Below the pieces are notes generated by a model. That model had not been told where the DNA came from and did no database searches. It saw only the letters and a program-made list of their open reading frames with translations. Both the position numbers and the translations under genes were made by a program. Below are positions 38,081 through 49,700 of a stretch of DNA of 64,000 bases, piece by piece. Positions within the stretch are counted from its first letter, which is position 1, and every line of letters starts with the position of its first letter. This DNA is from Firmicutes bacterium ADurb.Bin193 (lineage in GTDB: Bacteria > Bacillota > Clostridia > Monoglobales > Firm-18), in contig MWCQ01000002.1 of assembly GCA_002070105.1 (NCBI GenBank), forward strand, positions 193,496 to 257,495. Direction: 5' to 3'.

Positions 38081-38665
38081 CTATCTTTGTTTTAAGAGAA
38101 TATAGTTCCTTGCATTTACTGTTTCGGGGTGAAGCATCCTTTTATTTCTCAAAAGCTTTGCTATGGTGTAATCAAGCCCCTCCAAAACCGCTAAGTCAAG
38201 GTTTATGTATGATGTTTTTCTTATTTCGTCAACTCCGGCAAAGGTTCTTCCCTCTTCCGTGTAATCCGCAACATAAACGATTTTTGTAAGAAGAGGCATG
38301 TCCGCCTTGGCTGTTGTATGATATCTTATCGCATCATATATTTCGGGGTCGTCTATCCCTAATTCGCGTTTTGCATACTCTGCGCCCAAAACCGCGTGAA
38401 TAAGTTTTTTTTCTTCTTTTGTTATGCTATCCAAAGTAATTCGGTATTTCTCACACAATTTAAACATCTCATCAAAGTCAAGCTCTTTAACACAATCATG
38501 CGCCAGTCCCGCCAAAACCGCCTTTTCGGCATCTGCCCCGTAGTGCAGGGCAAGGGCTTTCGCCTCCTTTGCCACACCTTCGCAGTGCGCAAAACGGGCT
38601 TCGGACATTGTTTCTTTAAGAGCGCTTCTTATCTGATCCGTCTGCATATAGAAATCATCCCTCAT
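38081..38665 (-). CDS. yqeK: HD-domain bis(5'-nucleosyl)-tetraphosphatase YqeK
   Basis: HD motif (RFAHCEGV...LAHD). Conserved nadD-yqeK-rsfS order. Confidence 0.85.
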   Translation of the reverse strand: MRDDFYMQTDQIRSALKETMSEARFAHCEGVAKEAKALALHYGADAEKAVLAGLAHDCVKELDFDEMFKLCEKYRITLDSITKEEKKLIHAVLGAEYAKRELGIDDPEIYDAIRYHTTAKADMPLLTKIVYVADYTEEGRTFAGVDEIRKTSYINLDLAVLEGLDYTIAKLLRNKRMLHPETVNARNYILLKQR

Positions 38666-39264
38666 TTATATAATTTGTGTTTTCTTATATACCTCTCAAC
38701 ATTGTCGGGAAGCATGTATTTTATCGGCAGACCTTCCTGCACCCTGCGCCTTATTTCCGTTGATGAAATCTCAAGAATAGGCACCTCAAGGGTATGAATA
38801 ACAAACCCGTATTTTTCGGTTATACTTTTTGAAATCTCCGCAACATCAAGAAATTTTCCGGTCATTCTGTTTATCGAAATTATCTCAAAAAGCTTTGCAA
38901 GCTTTCGGAAGTTTTTCCATGATGCCATATCGTAGAGCGAATCCGCACCCACGATATAATAAAACAGGTCATTCGGATAGAGCTTTTTAAGCTCGGTCAT
39001 TGTGTCGATTGTGTATGAAATTGTATCTTTTGCAACCTCTATGTTGGAAACCTCAAAACAGGTATTCGACTTTACCGCCAAGCTCACCATATTAAAGCGG
39101 TGCTGTTTGTCGGTTACATTTATCATAACCTTATGGGGCGGTATCCCCGTCGGGATAAACATAACCTTATCGAGGGCGAAAACCTGCATTGCGTTTTCGG
39201 CTATAAAAAGATGACCGTAATGTATGGGGTCAAAGGTTCCGCCCAGCACTCCGATTTTTTGCAT
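38662..39264 (-). CDS. nadD: Nicotinate-nucleotide adenylyltransferase
   Basis: MQKIGVLGGTFDPIHYGHL. Start trimmed to 39264. Confidence 0.9.
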   Translation of the reverse strand: MQKIGVLGGTFDPIHYGHLFIAENAMQVFALDKVMFIPTGIPPHKVMINVTDKQHRFNMVSLAVKSNTCFEVSNIEVAKDTISYTIDTMTELKKLYPNDLFYYIVGADSLYDMASWKNFRKLAKLFEIISINRMTGKFLDVAEISKSITEKYGFVIHTLEVPILEISSTEIRRRVQEGLPIKYMLPDNVERYIRKHKLYK

Positions 39265-39311
39265 CCGAAAACCGCCCTCCTTCCTGCCCGGCAAACCAAT
39301 GCAAAGCAATG

Positions 39312-39998
39312 CTATTCATCCGAAAATTTTTCCATAAGGTCGGGCCTTTTTTGCATTGTACGCTCCTTCGCCTTCTCCTTCCGCCACTTTACTATGTTGG
39401 CATGGTGCCCCGAAAGCAAAACGGGAGGAACCTCCCTGCCCATAAACACGGGCGGGCGGGTGTACTGAGGATATTCCAAAAGCCCGTTGTAGTGGGATTC
39501 GTCACAAAAACACTCCTCGCTCGGCAGTACGCCCGGAACAAGACGGCACACCGCGTCGCACAATACGGCGGCGGGAATTTCTCCGCCGGTCAGGACATAG
39601 TCGCCGATTGAAACCTCAATATCGACGATTTCCTCGATAATGCGCTCATCAACGCCTTCATAGTGACCGCATAGGATTATTATATGCTCTTTTTGTGAAA
39701 ATTCCTTTGCTAATTTTTGGTTTAGTATCCTCCCCTGCGGCGACATATATATTACAAAAGGAGACCCACCCTTTGCAAGGCTTTCATACGCCCTGTAAAT
39801 AGGCTCCGGCTGCATTATCATTCCTCTGCCTCCGCCGTAGGGATAGTCGTCGACGCGCCTGTGCCTGTCGGTTGAAAAGTCGCGGATGTTTACGCAATTT
39901 ATGCTTATAATACCGTTTTTTTGAGCCCTGCCGATTATGCTTTCGGAAAGTATGCCCGACACCATTTCGGGAAACAGCGTCAAAATATCAATCCTCAT
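39312..39998 (-). CDS. trmD: tRNA (guanine37-N1)-methyltransferase
   Basis: MRIDILTLFPEM...DDYPYGGGRGM. Start trimmed to 39998. Confidence 0.9.
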   Translation of the reverse strand: MRIDILTLFPEMVSGILSESIIGRAQKNGIISINCVNIRDFSTDRHRRVDDYPYGGGRGMIMQPEPIYRAYESLAKGGSPFVIYMSPQGRILNQKLAKEFSQKEHIIILCGHYEGVDERIIEEIVDIEVSIGDYVLTGGEIPAAVLCDAVCRLVPGVLPSEECFCDESHYNGLLEYPQYTRPPVFMGREVPPVLLSGHHANIVKWRKEKAKERTMQKRPDLMEKFSDE

Positions 39999-40530
39999 CA
40001 CGCAGTCCCTCCATAAGCTCAACATCCATGCGCCGGTTTTTTATGTCGACTTTTTTTATAACCTGCTTTATTGCGGGGATTAAAATTTGCTTCCCGCTGT
40101 CGCTTTTTACAACATACACATCATTGCTCCCCGTAGGAAAGCAATCGTCGATAATACCCAAACTCTGTCCGTCCTCATAAACTTCAAGTCCGATAAGGTC
40201 CTTTATATAATAGGTATCCTCGTTAAGCTCGCCAAGGTGTGAACGCTCGGTATAAAGGATTTTGTTTTTAAGCCTCTCTGCGTCGTCGATTGAATCGACC
40301 CTGTCAAGTTTTAAGATAACGCTTCCCTTGTGGAATCTTACATTTTCAATCGAATGATTTTCACCGTTTACCGTAACGCTTTCCAATCGGGTGAAAATGT
40401 CGGCATCGTCGCACCAGGGCGTAACCTTTACCTCGCCCTTTAAGCCGTGGGTGTTAACCAGTTTCCCGATTTCCAAAAGCTCGTCCACATTATCACCAGC
40501 CTTGCCGCCATAGTTCGCTTTTGTATACAA
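39988..40530 (-). CDS. rimM: 16S rRNA processing protein RimM
   Basis: IGKLVNTHGLKGEVKV motif. Upstream of trmD. Exact start uncertain. Confidence 0.85.
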   Translation of the reverse strand: MYTKANYGGKAGDNVDELLEIGKLVNTHGLKGEVKVTPWCDDADIFTRLESVTVNGENHSIENVRFHKGSVILKLDRVDSIDDAERLKNKILYTERSHLGELNEDTYYIKDLIGLEVYEDGQSLGIIDDCFPTGSNDVYVVKSDSGKQILIPAIKQVIKKVDIKNRRMDVELMEGLRDED

Positions 40531-40572
40531 ACATGGGGAGAAAGCGCAAAGACTGCACCCTCGCCCCAGTTC

Positions 40573-40800
40573 TCAAACGATATCCACTATTACCTTTTTC
40601 TTCTCTTTTGCAGCCGAGGCACGAATTACGCTACGGATAGCCTTCGCTATCTTGCCCTGTTTACCTATGATTTTTCCCATATCGGTTGCCGCAACCCTAA
40701 GCTCTAAAACCAGAGACATTTCGGTTTCGACTTGTGTAACGCTCACCTCGTCCGGCTTTTCAACCAACGATTTCGCGATAAATTCAAGTAATTCTTTCAT
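40573..40800 (-). CDS. khpA: KH domain RNA-binding protein (YlqC/KhpA)
   Basis: 75 aa with the GKIIGKQGKIAKAIR KH motif. Lies between rpsP and rimM. Confidence 0.8.
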   Translation of the reverse strand: MKELLEFIAKSLVEKPDEVSVTQVETEMSLVLELRVAATDMGKIIGKQGKIAKAIRSVIRASAAKEKKKVIVDIV

Positions 40801-40921
40801 AGCAAACTACCCTTTCTTCCCGCGGCGGTTTGATTCTTTCATAAATTAAACGGGAAAAAATCAAACCGCCCGCCACAGTCATCATTTTTTAGAATTGACG
40901 CAAATACCGCCCGGCAGTTGC

Positions 40922-41161
40922 TTAAATACCGCTGATTTTTAGAAGCTTTTTAACGGTATCGGTGGGTTGTGCGCCGTTTTTAATCCACTTTTGAGCTTTC
41001 TCCGTATCAATCTTAATCTCAGCCGGATTCGCAAGCGGATTATAGGTTCCTATCTCCTCGATAAATCTTCCGTCTCTGGGATATCTCGAATCAGCAACAA
41101 CCACACGGTAAAAAGGTGCCTTTTTTGCGCCCATTCTTCTTAACCTGATTTTTACAGCCAT
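40922..41161 (-). CDS. rpsP: 30S ribosomal protein S16
   Basis: [26 protein letters not shown]. Start trimmed to 41161. Confidence 0.95.
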   Translation of the reverse strand: MAVKIRLRRMGAKKAPFYRVVVADSRYPRDGRFIEEIGTYNPLANPAEIKIDTEKAQKWIKNGAQPTDTVKKLLKISGI

Positions 41162-41242
41162 GTTATTTACACCTCCAATGCTTACATTAAATGTTTTAAA
41201 CCGCCAAAATACCGTAAAACCTGTATTTTGCGCGGGCAAAAT

Positions 41243-42574
41243 CTATGCAAAAGGAAAACGCATTTTTCCTCTGCCGCCTTTTTTCATTCCGCCGAATTGC
41301 TTAAACATCGCCTTCATCTGTTCAAACTGTTTAAGCAGGGCGTTTATATCCTGAACCTGTGTGCCGCTCCCCAGCGCTATGCGCCGCTTGCGGCTTGAAT
41401 TTATAATTGAGGGGTTTTCCCGCTCTTTTTTGGTCATGCTCTTAATTATCGCACCTGTGCGAACAAGCTTTTTTTCGTCTATTTTAGCCCCCGAAAGCGC
41501 CTTTTGGTTTATCCCCGGTAACATTCCGAGTATGCTTTCGATGGGACCCATGTTTTTCATCTGTTCAAGCTGTTCCAAAAAGTCGTTAAGGTCAAACTGC
41601 TGCTTTCTAAGCTTTTTTTCAAGCTCTTCCGCTTTTTTAAGGTCAAACGCATCCTGCGCCTTTTCGATAAGGCTAAGGACATCGCCCATGCCAAGTATTC
41701 GGCTCGCCATCCTCTCCGGGTGAAAAGGCTCGATATCCTCAAGTTTTTCGCCCGTGCCCACGAACTTAATCGGCTTTCCCGTAACCGCGCGGACGCTGAG
41801 TGCCGCACCGCCCCTTGCATCGCCGTCAAGCTTGGTCAGGATTACTCCGTCTATTACAATACTATCGTTGAAGCTTTTAGCCGCATTAACGGCATCCTGC
41901 CCCGTCATTGCATCTATAACCAAAAGGGTTTCGGTAACATCAATGTTTTTCTTGATGCTTCGAAGCTCCTCCATAAGCTCTTCATCGATATGAAGCCTTC
42001 CCGCAGTGTCTAATATGACAATGTCATTTCCATTTTTGTCTGCGTGCAAAAGCGCAGACTTTGAGATTTCGACAGGCTTAGTGCTCTCTGCCTTAAACAC
42101 GGGAACGCCAAGCCTTTCGCCGACGATTTCAAGCTGTTGCACAGCGGCGGGGCGGTAAACATCGCACGGCACAAGAAGCGGTCTTTTACCCTGTTTTTTA
42201 AGAAGGCCGCCAAGCTTTGCGGCGGTCGTGGTTTTACCCGCACCCTGAAGCCCCGCCATCATAATGACGGTAGGCGGCTTTGGAGATATGTTAATCTTCG
42301 CGCCCGCTCCGCCCATGAGGACGGTAAGCTCTTCATTGACTATTTTAATTATCTGCTGTCCGGGAGTAAGCGACTCTAAAACCTCTGCGCCCAAAGCGCG
42401 CATCGTCGCCTTTTCGATAAAATCCTTAACGACCTTAAAGTTTACATCCGCCTCTAACAGAGCAAGCTTTATTTCACGCATACCCTCGCGTACATCGGCC
42501 TCGGTTACCTTGCCTTTGCCGCGAAGCTTTTTGAACGCGCTCTGAAGTTTTTCGGACAAGCTGTCAAATGCCAT
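41243..42574 (-). CDS. ffh: Signal recognition particle protein
   Basis: NG domain GLQGAGKTTTAAKL plus a Met-rich M domain. Confidence 0.95.
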   Translation of the reverse strand: MAFDSLSEKLQSAFKKLRGKGKVTEADVREGMREIKLALLEADVNFKVVKDFIEKATMRALGAEVLESLTPGQQIIKIVNEELTVLMGGAGAKINISPKPPTVIMMAGLQGAGKTTTAAKLGGLLKKQGKRPLLVPCDVYRPAAVQQLEIVGERLGVPVFKAESTKPVEISKSALLHADKNGNDIVILDTAGRLHIDEELMEELRSIKKNIDVTETLLVIDAMTGQDAVNAAKSFNDSIVIDGVILTKLDGDARGGAALSVRAVTGKPIKFVGTGEKLEDIEPFHPERMASRILGMGDVLSLIEKAQDAFDLKKAEELEKKLRKQQFDLNDFLEQLEQMKNMGPIESILGMLPGINQKALSGAKIDEKKLVRTGAIIKSMTKKERENPSIINSSRKRRIALGSGTQVQDINALLKQFEQMKAMFKQFGGMKKGGRGKMRFPFA

Positions 42575-42593
42575 ACCCTGCCCAAGCCTTTCT

Positions 42594-42953
42594 TTACTCT
42601 TTTATAATTTCAAGCTGTTTTTTCATCCGTTTCAGGCGGGGAGCAATCCACGGCACCGCCGAAACATTTTCGATCGTTTCCATTTCTTCTATTTCTTTTA
42701 AAATCTCTTCCGCGGCATTTTTAATGGCAATATATCGCCTTGCAAGACCCAAATTTTCCTCGGCATCCTTTAAAATCATTTCCGCTCTTTTTATATTGTC
42801 CCTTACTCCCTGGCGGGTTATGCAAAGATGCTCGCTTATCTCCGCAAGCGATAAATCCTCATTATAATACAAGTCGATAACATCCGCCTGCTTGTCGGTA
42901 AGCATGTTGTGATAAAAATCAAACAAAAGCGTAATGTTAAGATCTTTACTCAT
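42594..42953 (-). CDS. ylxM: YlxM-like putative DNA-binding protein (UPF0122)
   Basis: Sigma-70 region-4-like segment YYNEDLSLAEISEHLCITRQGVRDNIKR, directly upstream of ffh. Confidence 0.8.
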   Translation of the reverse strand: MSKDLNITLLFDFYHNMLTDKQADVIDLYYNEDLSLAEISEHLCITRQGVRDNIKRAEMILKDAEENLGLARRYIAIKNAAEEILKEIEEMETIENVSAVPWIAPRLKRMKKQLEIIKE

Positions 42954-43008
42954 ATTATTCCCCCCCCTTGCCTGTAAAGCAAATTACTTTACACATTATA
43001 TTATAAAG

Positions 43009-45753
43009 CTATTGCCTTGTCAAGGGGATTTCTCCGATTTGTGAGTTTTCATCTGAGATGGTTTCATTTGCCTTTCGGATTTGTGCATTTTCCTCATTTT
43101 TTTCTTTCAGCGACTGAATATTATCCTCAAGCTCGCGAAGGGCCTTCCCGTAATTCTCCCAATCCGCATCCTTTGAAAACGCTTTAACATCGTTAAAACT
43201 GTCAACAACCCGATTTATAACATCCTCAAGGCTTTCCTCGTTTGTTGTGACAAGGGTCGGGCGGTTTACGCCGAACAGAGTTTTCAAAGCCTCGTCAAGA
43301 GTGGGCTTTGACACAACCCTTTCTCCGTATGCCACAACAATGCGCTTAACCTCGGGAAGCCGCCCGTATTCCGTTCCCGCAGAGATGTATATCGGCTCTA
43401 CATACAAAATGCTGTTTTCAATCGGGATAACAAGCAGATTGCCGCGGACAACCTCCGACCCGCTCCGGTTCCAAAGCGCAAGCTCCTGTGCGATTGACGG
43501 CTCGTTGTCTATTTTGTTTTCAATGTCATACGGGCCGTATACATTTTCATTGTTTCCGAAATTATAGCATACAAGTTTTCCGTAGTTTTCGGGAGAGGAC
43601 CTTGCCGCAAGCCATGAAACCATATTCGTCTTGTTAAGAAGGGTATAGGGCTGCATTAAAACAAGCTCTTCACTCTTTCCGCCTCCAACCTTCATAAGGT
43701 TGTAATAAGGCTCGACATAGACCTCTTCCTCACCCATGTACTTTTCCTTTGCATACGCCCATATTCCGCGCTTTTCGTAAAAATCGGCGGAATTGTCCAC
43801 ATGATACCTTTTAAGCATCTCGGACTGAATTTTGAATATCCCCTCGGGATAGCGGATATGCCGCGCAAGGTCAGACGGAAAAGCGGACTGTTCGAACAGG
43901 GTGGGGTAAATCCTGCGATAGCTTCGTATTATCGGGTCACCCTCATCGGTTACATAAAACTTAACCTCTCCGTCATACGCATCCACAACCGCCTTAACGG
44001 AGTTTCTTATATAGTTTATATCGCCGCTTCCGCTGTACTGTGAATAGGGGAACCAGGACGACGAGGTGTATCCGTCCACAACCCATTTAAGCCGTCCAAA
44101 GTCGTCTATAAGAATGTAAATATCACTTTCAAAACTTAAGAACGGAGCAACCATTTTTACGCGCTCCAAAACATTGCGGTTTTTCAAAAGCCTACTGTCG
44201 CGGCTTATCTGGTCGGAAATGAGAAGATTTATATCACCGTGCTTGAAGGCATAAATCAGCTTGTTCAAAAAGCTGAGCCTTATACCCCCGCTTCCGGTGT
44301 AGGTATAGCCCTCGGTTTCTATCTCGTCAAGCTCCTTGTCGCGCGTTCCCGTAATAATATAGTCCCGACTCGTTTCTCCGTAGTAAATCCTCGGCTGAGA
44401 AATAGTCGGCGCACCCTCAAGTGAGCGGGGAGGAATGTCCCTGATTATAAAATACGGCTGTCCCTGCTCGGTTATACGGTTTATGGGGTTCATAACTACG
44501 CCCGTTCCGTGGGTGTATTTCATTTTTGTATTGATGTAGTTTTTCGCCGTATCGTCAAGCCTTTCGGTCGTTATCTCCCTCGCCGCAATCGCAACCGCCA
44601 TAGGCCTGTCGCCTATCACATACGGCACAATATCCGTATCGGTAAAGTGATAATAATTCCGTATCGACTGTATGCGGTTTGCGGTTGCGACCGTCTGGGC
44701 ATAGTCGATAAGACGGATATTGTTTACCGTATCAAGGTTTTTCATTATATCCTGTCCGTTAAGATCATATTTCACTTTAAAATCATAATTCTCGATTTTG
44801 TCAAGCCCGTAAGCCGCGCGGGTAAAGTCAATATTGCTCTGCATATATGCCGCCTCAACCGCGAATTCGTCAGGGTCGACAATCAACGTCTGCACGGTCT
44901 GCGCAATAAGCATAACAACTAAAATTGCCGTAGGATACAGCAACACCGTCATTACTGCGTACCTGTATTTTGAGTTAAGCGTAAAAATAATCGTCAGAAT
45001 CACTATCGAAATCAGCAGGATGGGCAGAATCCTGTAAAACTGAACCCATACATTTATATCAACATATCCTCCGCCGGTAAATTCGTTACCCGAATCGTAG
45101 AGGATATCCTCGGCTGCGTATCTGTACGAAGCCGCTTTTAACAGAAAGTAAATGATAATCGTTGTAATCTGATGTACTATTATTCCTTTCTCCTTAAGAA
45201 GCTGTTTTGAATTATAAAAATCAAACCGTGCGTAAAGCACTATATATGAAAGCGCCGTAAACAGCATAAAAAACACGCCGAAGGCTAATAGCGTGTTGGT
45301 CACGGAAATATAAAAAGGACGCTGGAATATATAATAGCCCACATCCTTATGGAATATTGGGTCGCCCAGGTTAAACCACTCGCTCGTAAGAAAGGGCAGA
45401 AATTTTGCAGCTACCATACGCCTTGTGTAATCCGCAAAGATTACCCCGGTTACAAGGCTTATAAGCACAAGCGGGAAAACCTTTTTCAGATAGAAAAACG
45501 ACGAATCAATCGCAAGAAGGTTCCTTCTCATAATAAGAAGGTTTGAAAGAATCAAAGTGAAAAACACCAAAAACGCTATCCCGAAGGTTATTACGCCTAC
45601 ATTAAAGTCGCGCCAGAAAACCTCCGTAAACCTTTCGCCTACCTCCCGAAGTTCAATATATTCCGTGTATATTCCCGAAAAAATGACAATCAGAATAAAC
45701 AGGGCTAAAAACGCCGCTATTGCGATCATACGCTTTATAGGTATTTTTTTCAA
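43009..45753 (-). CDS. UPF0182-family large membrane protein
   Basis: 914 aa. Multi-TM N-terminus followed by a large soluble region, an architecture typical of UPF0182. Confidence 0.7.
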   Translation of the reverse strand: MKKIPIKRMIAIAAFLALFILIVIFSGIYTEYIELREVGERFTEVFWRDFNVGVITFGIAFLVFFTLILSNLLIMRRNLLAIDSSFFYLKKVFPLVLISLVTGVIFADYTRRMVAAKFLPFLTSEWFNLGDPIFHKDVGYYIFQRPFYISVTNTLLAFGVFFMLFTALSYIVLYARFDFYNSKQLLKEKGIIVHQITTIIIYFLLKAASYRYAAEDILYDSGNEFTGGGYVDINVWVQFYRILPILLISIVILTIIFTLNSKYRYAVMTVLLYPTAILVVMLIAQTVQTLIVDPDEFAVEAAYMQSNIDFTRAAYGLDKIENYDFKVKYDLNGQDIMKNLDTVNNIRLIDYAQTVATANRIQSIRNYYHFTDTDIVPYVIGDRPMAVAIAAREITTERLDDTAKNYINTKMKYTHGTGVVMNPINRITEQGQPYFIIRDIPPRSLEGAPTISQPRIYYGETSRDYIITGTRDKELDEIETEGYTYTGSGGIRLSFLNKLIYAFKHGDINLLISDQISRDSRLLKNRNVLERVKMVAPFLSFESDIYILIDDFGRLKWVVDGYTSSSWFPYSQYSGSGDINYIRNSVKAVVDAYDGEVKFYVTDEGDPIIRSYRRIYPTLFEQSAFPSDLARHIRYPEGIFKIQSEMLKRYHVDNSADFYEKRGIWAYAKEKYMGEEEVYVEPYYNLMKVGGGKSEELVLMQPYTLLNKTNMVSWLAARSSPENYGKLVCYNFGNNENVYGPYDIENKIDNEPSIAQELALWNRSGSEVVRGNLLVIPIENSILYVEPIYISAGTEYGRLPEVKRIVVAYGERVVSKPTLDEALKTLFGVNRPTLVTTNEESLEDVINRVVDSFNDVKAFSKDADWENYGKALRELEDNIQSLKEKNEENAQIRKANETISDENSQIGEIPLTRQ

Positions 45754-45776
45754 TTATCATACCCCCAATACACGCA

Positions 45777-46682
45777 CTACTCAAACAATGCTTTTACATA
45801 ATCCTCCGCGGAAAACGGCTGAAGGTCGTCAATACGCTCTCCCACTCCGACAAAACGGACGGGGATATTTTGCTCCTTGGATATTGCGATAACGATTCCG
45901 CCCTTTGCCGTACCGTCAAGTTTTGTGAGAATAATGCCGCTTATATCCGCCGCACCGGCAAAGCTTTTTGCCTGGGAAAGCGCGTTTTGTCCCGTAGTTG
46001 CATCCAAAACAAGCAAAACCTCTTTTTGCGCCTCGGGAAACTCCCGCCCTATAACCTTGTTGATTTTGGCAAGCTCATCCATAAGGTTCTTTTTGTTGTG
46101 GAGCCTTCCCGCAGTGTCACAGATTAAAATGTCCTTCTTCCTCGACTTCGCCGCGCCTATCGCATCATATACCACGGATGCGGGGTCGCTCCCCTCGCTT
46201 TGCTTTATTATGTCAACCCCCGCGCGGGTTGCCCAAATATCAAGCTGGTCTATCGCCGCCGCCCTGAAGGTATCCGCCGCCGCAAGGATGACGCTTTTGC
46301 CTTGCTCTTTATAGTATGCGGCAAGCTTTCCCGCACTTGTTGTTTTTCCCGTGCCGTTAACCCCGATTACCAGTATAACAGCCGGACTTTTAACCTCAAG
46401 CGGTACGCTGTTTCCCATTATATCGCCGATAATCTCGCACAGCGCACCCCGAAGCGCCTCGCCGTCACGGATTTTGTCCTCCCTCGCCTTCTGGCGAAGC
46501 CTCTCTATGATGTCTTCCGATGTTTCAAATCCGACATCGGACATTATTAAAACCTCTTCAAGCTCCTCAAAAACTGCGTCGTCCAGCTTTGTAAAAAGTC
46601 TTATTACATCGGCTGTGCGGGTCGAAAGCTGTTGGCGTGTTTTTTCAAGTCCGCCCTTTAGTTTTTCAAAAAATCCCATCAA
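45777..46682 (-). CDS. ftsY: SRP receptor FtsY
   Basis: GVNGTGKTTSAGKLA; DTAGRLHNK. Confidence 0.95.
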   Translation of the reverse strand: MMGFFEKLKGGLEKTRQQLSTRTADVIRLFTKLDDAVFEELEEVLIMSDVGFETSEDIIERLRQKAREDKIRDGEALRGALCEIIGDIMGNSVPLEVKSPAVILVIGVNGTGKTTSAGKLAAYYKEQGKSVILAAADTFRAAAIDQLDIWATRAGVDIIKQSEGSDPASVVYDAIGAAKSRKKDILICDTAGRLHNKKNLMDELAKINKVIGREFPEAQKEVLLVLDATTGQNALSQAKSFAGAADISGIILTKLDGTAKGGIVIAISKEQNIPVRFVGVGERIDDLQPFSAEDYVKALFE

Positions 46683-46744
46683 AGAAAAGTTCCTTCCTTT
46701 AATAAATCAAATTGGTGTTAAACCCTGTAAAGTCTCGGTTTTTT

Positions 46745-49700
46745 CTATGCCAGCATTGCTTCTCTTTCCACATCGTCGATATTAAGCGAAAGAAGGCTTG
46801 TAACGCCCTGCTCCTGCATTGTTACCCCATACAGAATGTTAGCCGCTTCCATGGTTCCCCGCCTGTGCGTTACAACCACGAACTGTGAGTCTTTTGCAAA
46901 CTTTTTGAGATAGTCGGCAAAGCGGTAGGTGTTCAAATCGTCAAGCGCCGCCTCAATCTCGTCAAGAATACAAAACGGTGACGGGCATGCCTTTAAAATT
47001 GCGAACAAAATCGCTATGGACACAAGCGCCTGCTCTCCGCCTGACAGCTGAAGCAGACTTTTCAGCGCCTTGCCCGGAGGCTGTACTTCGATTGTCACGC
47101 CGCTTGTCAAAACATCATCGGGCTCCGTCAGCGCAAGACTTGCCCTTCCGCCTCCGAAAAGCTCTGCAAACACCTGATTGAAATTTTCGTTTATAATCCT
47201 GAATTTTTCGACAAAACGCTCTTTCATTATTATAACCATATCTGCGATTACCGCTTCAAGATTTTTCTGCGCCTGCGCCAAATCATTGCGCTGTTCGGTC
47301 AAAAACTCAAAGCGCTCTTTTATATTCGCATATTCCTCTATGGCGTCTATGTTGATGTTTCCGAGAGATTTTATCTCTTCCTTTAAAGAGTTTATGCTCT
47401 TTTGCGATTTCGTAATACTTCCGGTGTCTTTTCTGTACTCCTCCGCGGCGGAAAGGGTAAGCTCATACTCCTCCCACAGACGATTTATTATGTTTTCAAG
47501 CTCGGTCTGCGCCTTTGTTTTTCTGTTCTCCAATCTGCCCTGCTCCTGCTGGAGCTTTAGCTGTTCCTCCTGCTTTGCGCTTAGGGAGCTTTGCTTTTGC
47601 TTGATACTCTCCTCCGTTTTACGACGCTTTGCCAGAAGGTCGGAAACCTCGCCTTTTAAGGTCTTTATTTCTTCCTTGAGTTCATTGATTTGTTGCGTCT
47701 TAAACTCTATATCGTCATTTATATCCTCATTTTTGCTTATTATTTCGGCAATGCTTTGTTTTTTCTGTTCAATGGAGCGTTCAACCTCGCCCCGACGGAT
47801 TTTGAAAAGCTCGGTACGCTCGCTATGCAGTTGGATATCCTTTTCTATACCGTTCTTTTCCATTTTTAAGCTCAGCTGTGCGGCGGATTTTTCATCCTTG
47901 CGCTGTGCAAGCTCCGCCATTTTATCTTTGTAAAGCTCTTGCTTCTTTTCAAGCAATTCAATTTCGGAGTTTATACTCTCCGCGGTTTTTGCAAGGCGGT
48001 CCATTTCGCCTTTTAGCGAATCAGCCTTTTCAACCACCTGCTTTTGCTCCGCCAAAAGCGCAGCCTTTGCCTCATCCATCGACCGGAGGAATTCCTTGGA
48101 ATGTTTAAGCTCCGCAGAAACGGAAATCCCCTCCAAGCGCACGGCACGAAGCTCATCGGCATTTTTTTCCGCCTCCTCACGCAAAGCGGCAAGCTTTTTC
48201 TCAAAAACCCTCTCTTTTTCCGCCGCCGCCTTGCAATCGGCCTTCAGTCTTTTTGCAAGCTCCGAAAGTGTTGCAAGCTCGTTAGCGCGGGAGAAAAGCC
48301 CCGCCGTGCCCGTTCTGCTACCGCCGGATATTGCCCCGCCGGGGGTAAAAAGTTCACCCTCAAGCGTCACTATTCTGAAGCGATAGCCGTATTTTCTCGC
48401 AAGCGATATAGCGTTTGCGGCGTTGTCAACGACAGCCACCCGCCCCAAAAGACCTGTTACTATCCCCTCAAATTTTTTGTCAAATGTAACAAGCTTCGAC
48501 GCCGGGCCTATATAACCCTTGTTTGATTCAATACCCTTTTCATCCAAAACTCCGCCCTTTGCGGCGCTGATCGGAAGGAAGGTAGCCCTTCCCGCCTTGG
48601 TTTTCTTCAAAAATTCTATTGCCGCCTCGGCATCCTGCTCGGTTTGTGTCACTATGTTCTGCGCCGCGGCGCCCAATGCCGTTTCAATCGCAACGGTGTA
48701 TTGTTCTGGAACCTTCAGAATTTGTGCCACCGTGCCTAAAATGGAAACTCCTTTAAGCTCGCCGTCTTTGCTTTCATGGGACTGCATTACTGCTTTTACG
48801 CTTCTGCTGTAGTTATCAAAGGATTTTTCCATATCGTCAAGCAGCTTTACGCGGGACAAAGTCTGTTCGAGCTTTATCTGAAGGTCCTGCCCCTCCTGAC
48901 GAAGCCTTGCATATTCCTCATTTGCTTTGCTTAACTCTTTTTCGGCTTGTTTGCTCTTTTTTTCAAGAGCCTCCGCCATTTTCGCCTTATCCTTTTCGGA
49001 CTTTTCAAGGGAAGCAACCTTTTCGACAAGAGCCTGCAAGCTGTCATTTTTGTCCGAAATTTCTTTATCTATCGCCTTGCTCCTTGCTTCAAAGCTTTGG
49101 GCAAGTGCGCTGTAATTCCCTGTCTTTGAGCGTATCTGCGCCGCCTCGTTCATCTTTTCTATTATATCGGCGCCGATTTGCTCGACGATTGAGGCAAGAT
49201 CCGACTCCTCCTTGGAAAGAACCTCGATTTCGGCGGCAAGCGCCCCGATTTTTTCGTCAAGCTCTTTGTCCTTGCTCAAAAGCTGTTCGAGATGGCCGTC
49301 CTTTTCGTAAAGAGTGCCGTCAAGCTCCCAGAGTTTTTCCTTATCTTCCTCTATTTCGCCTTCAATGCGCTTTATGCTCTCTTTATTGTGCTCTATCCTG
49401 CTTTTTAATACCTCTATATCACTCTGAAATGCGGCAAGAGTTTTTGAATTTTCCTCCTGTTGTAGCCGCTTTTGCTCCGCACTCTCGTCATCCGCGCGCA
49501 TATCGTCAAACATTTTCGATATTTCGGACTGTGTGTTTTCAATGTCGCCCCTGATTTGCGCGGCGCGGCTTTCCACATCACCCAGTATGTTCTCGGCATC
49601 ATTGAGCGCCTTTTTGAAGCGTTCTATGTTCTCCAATGACACATTTACCTCAAGAACCTTAAGCTGTTCCCTTAAATTAAGGTATTTTTTCGCCTTCTCC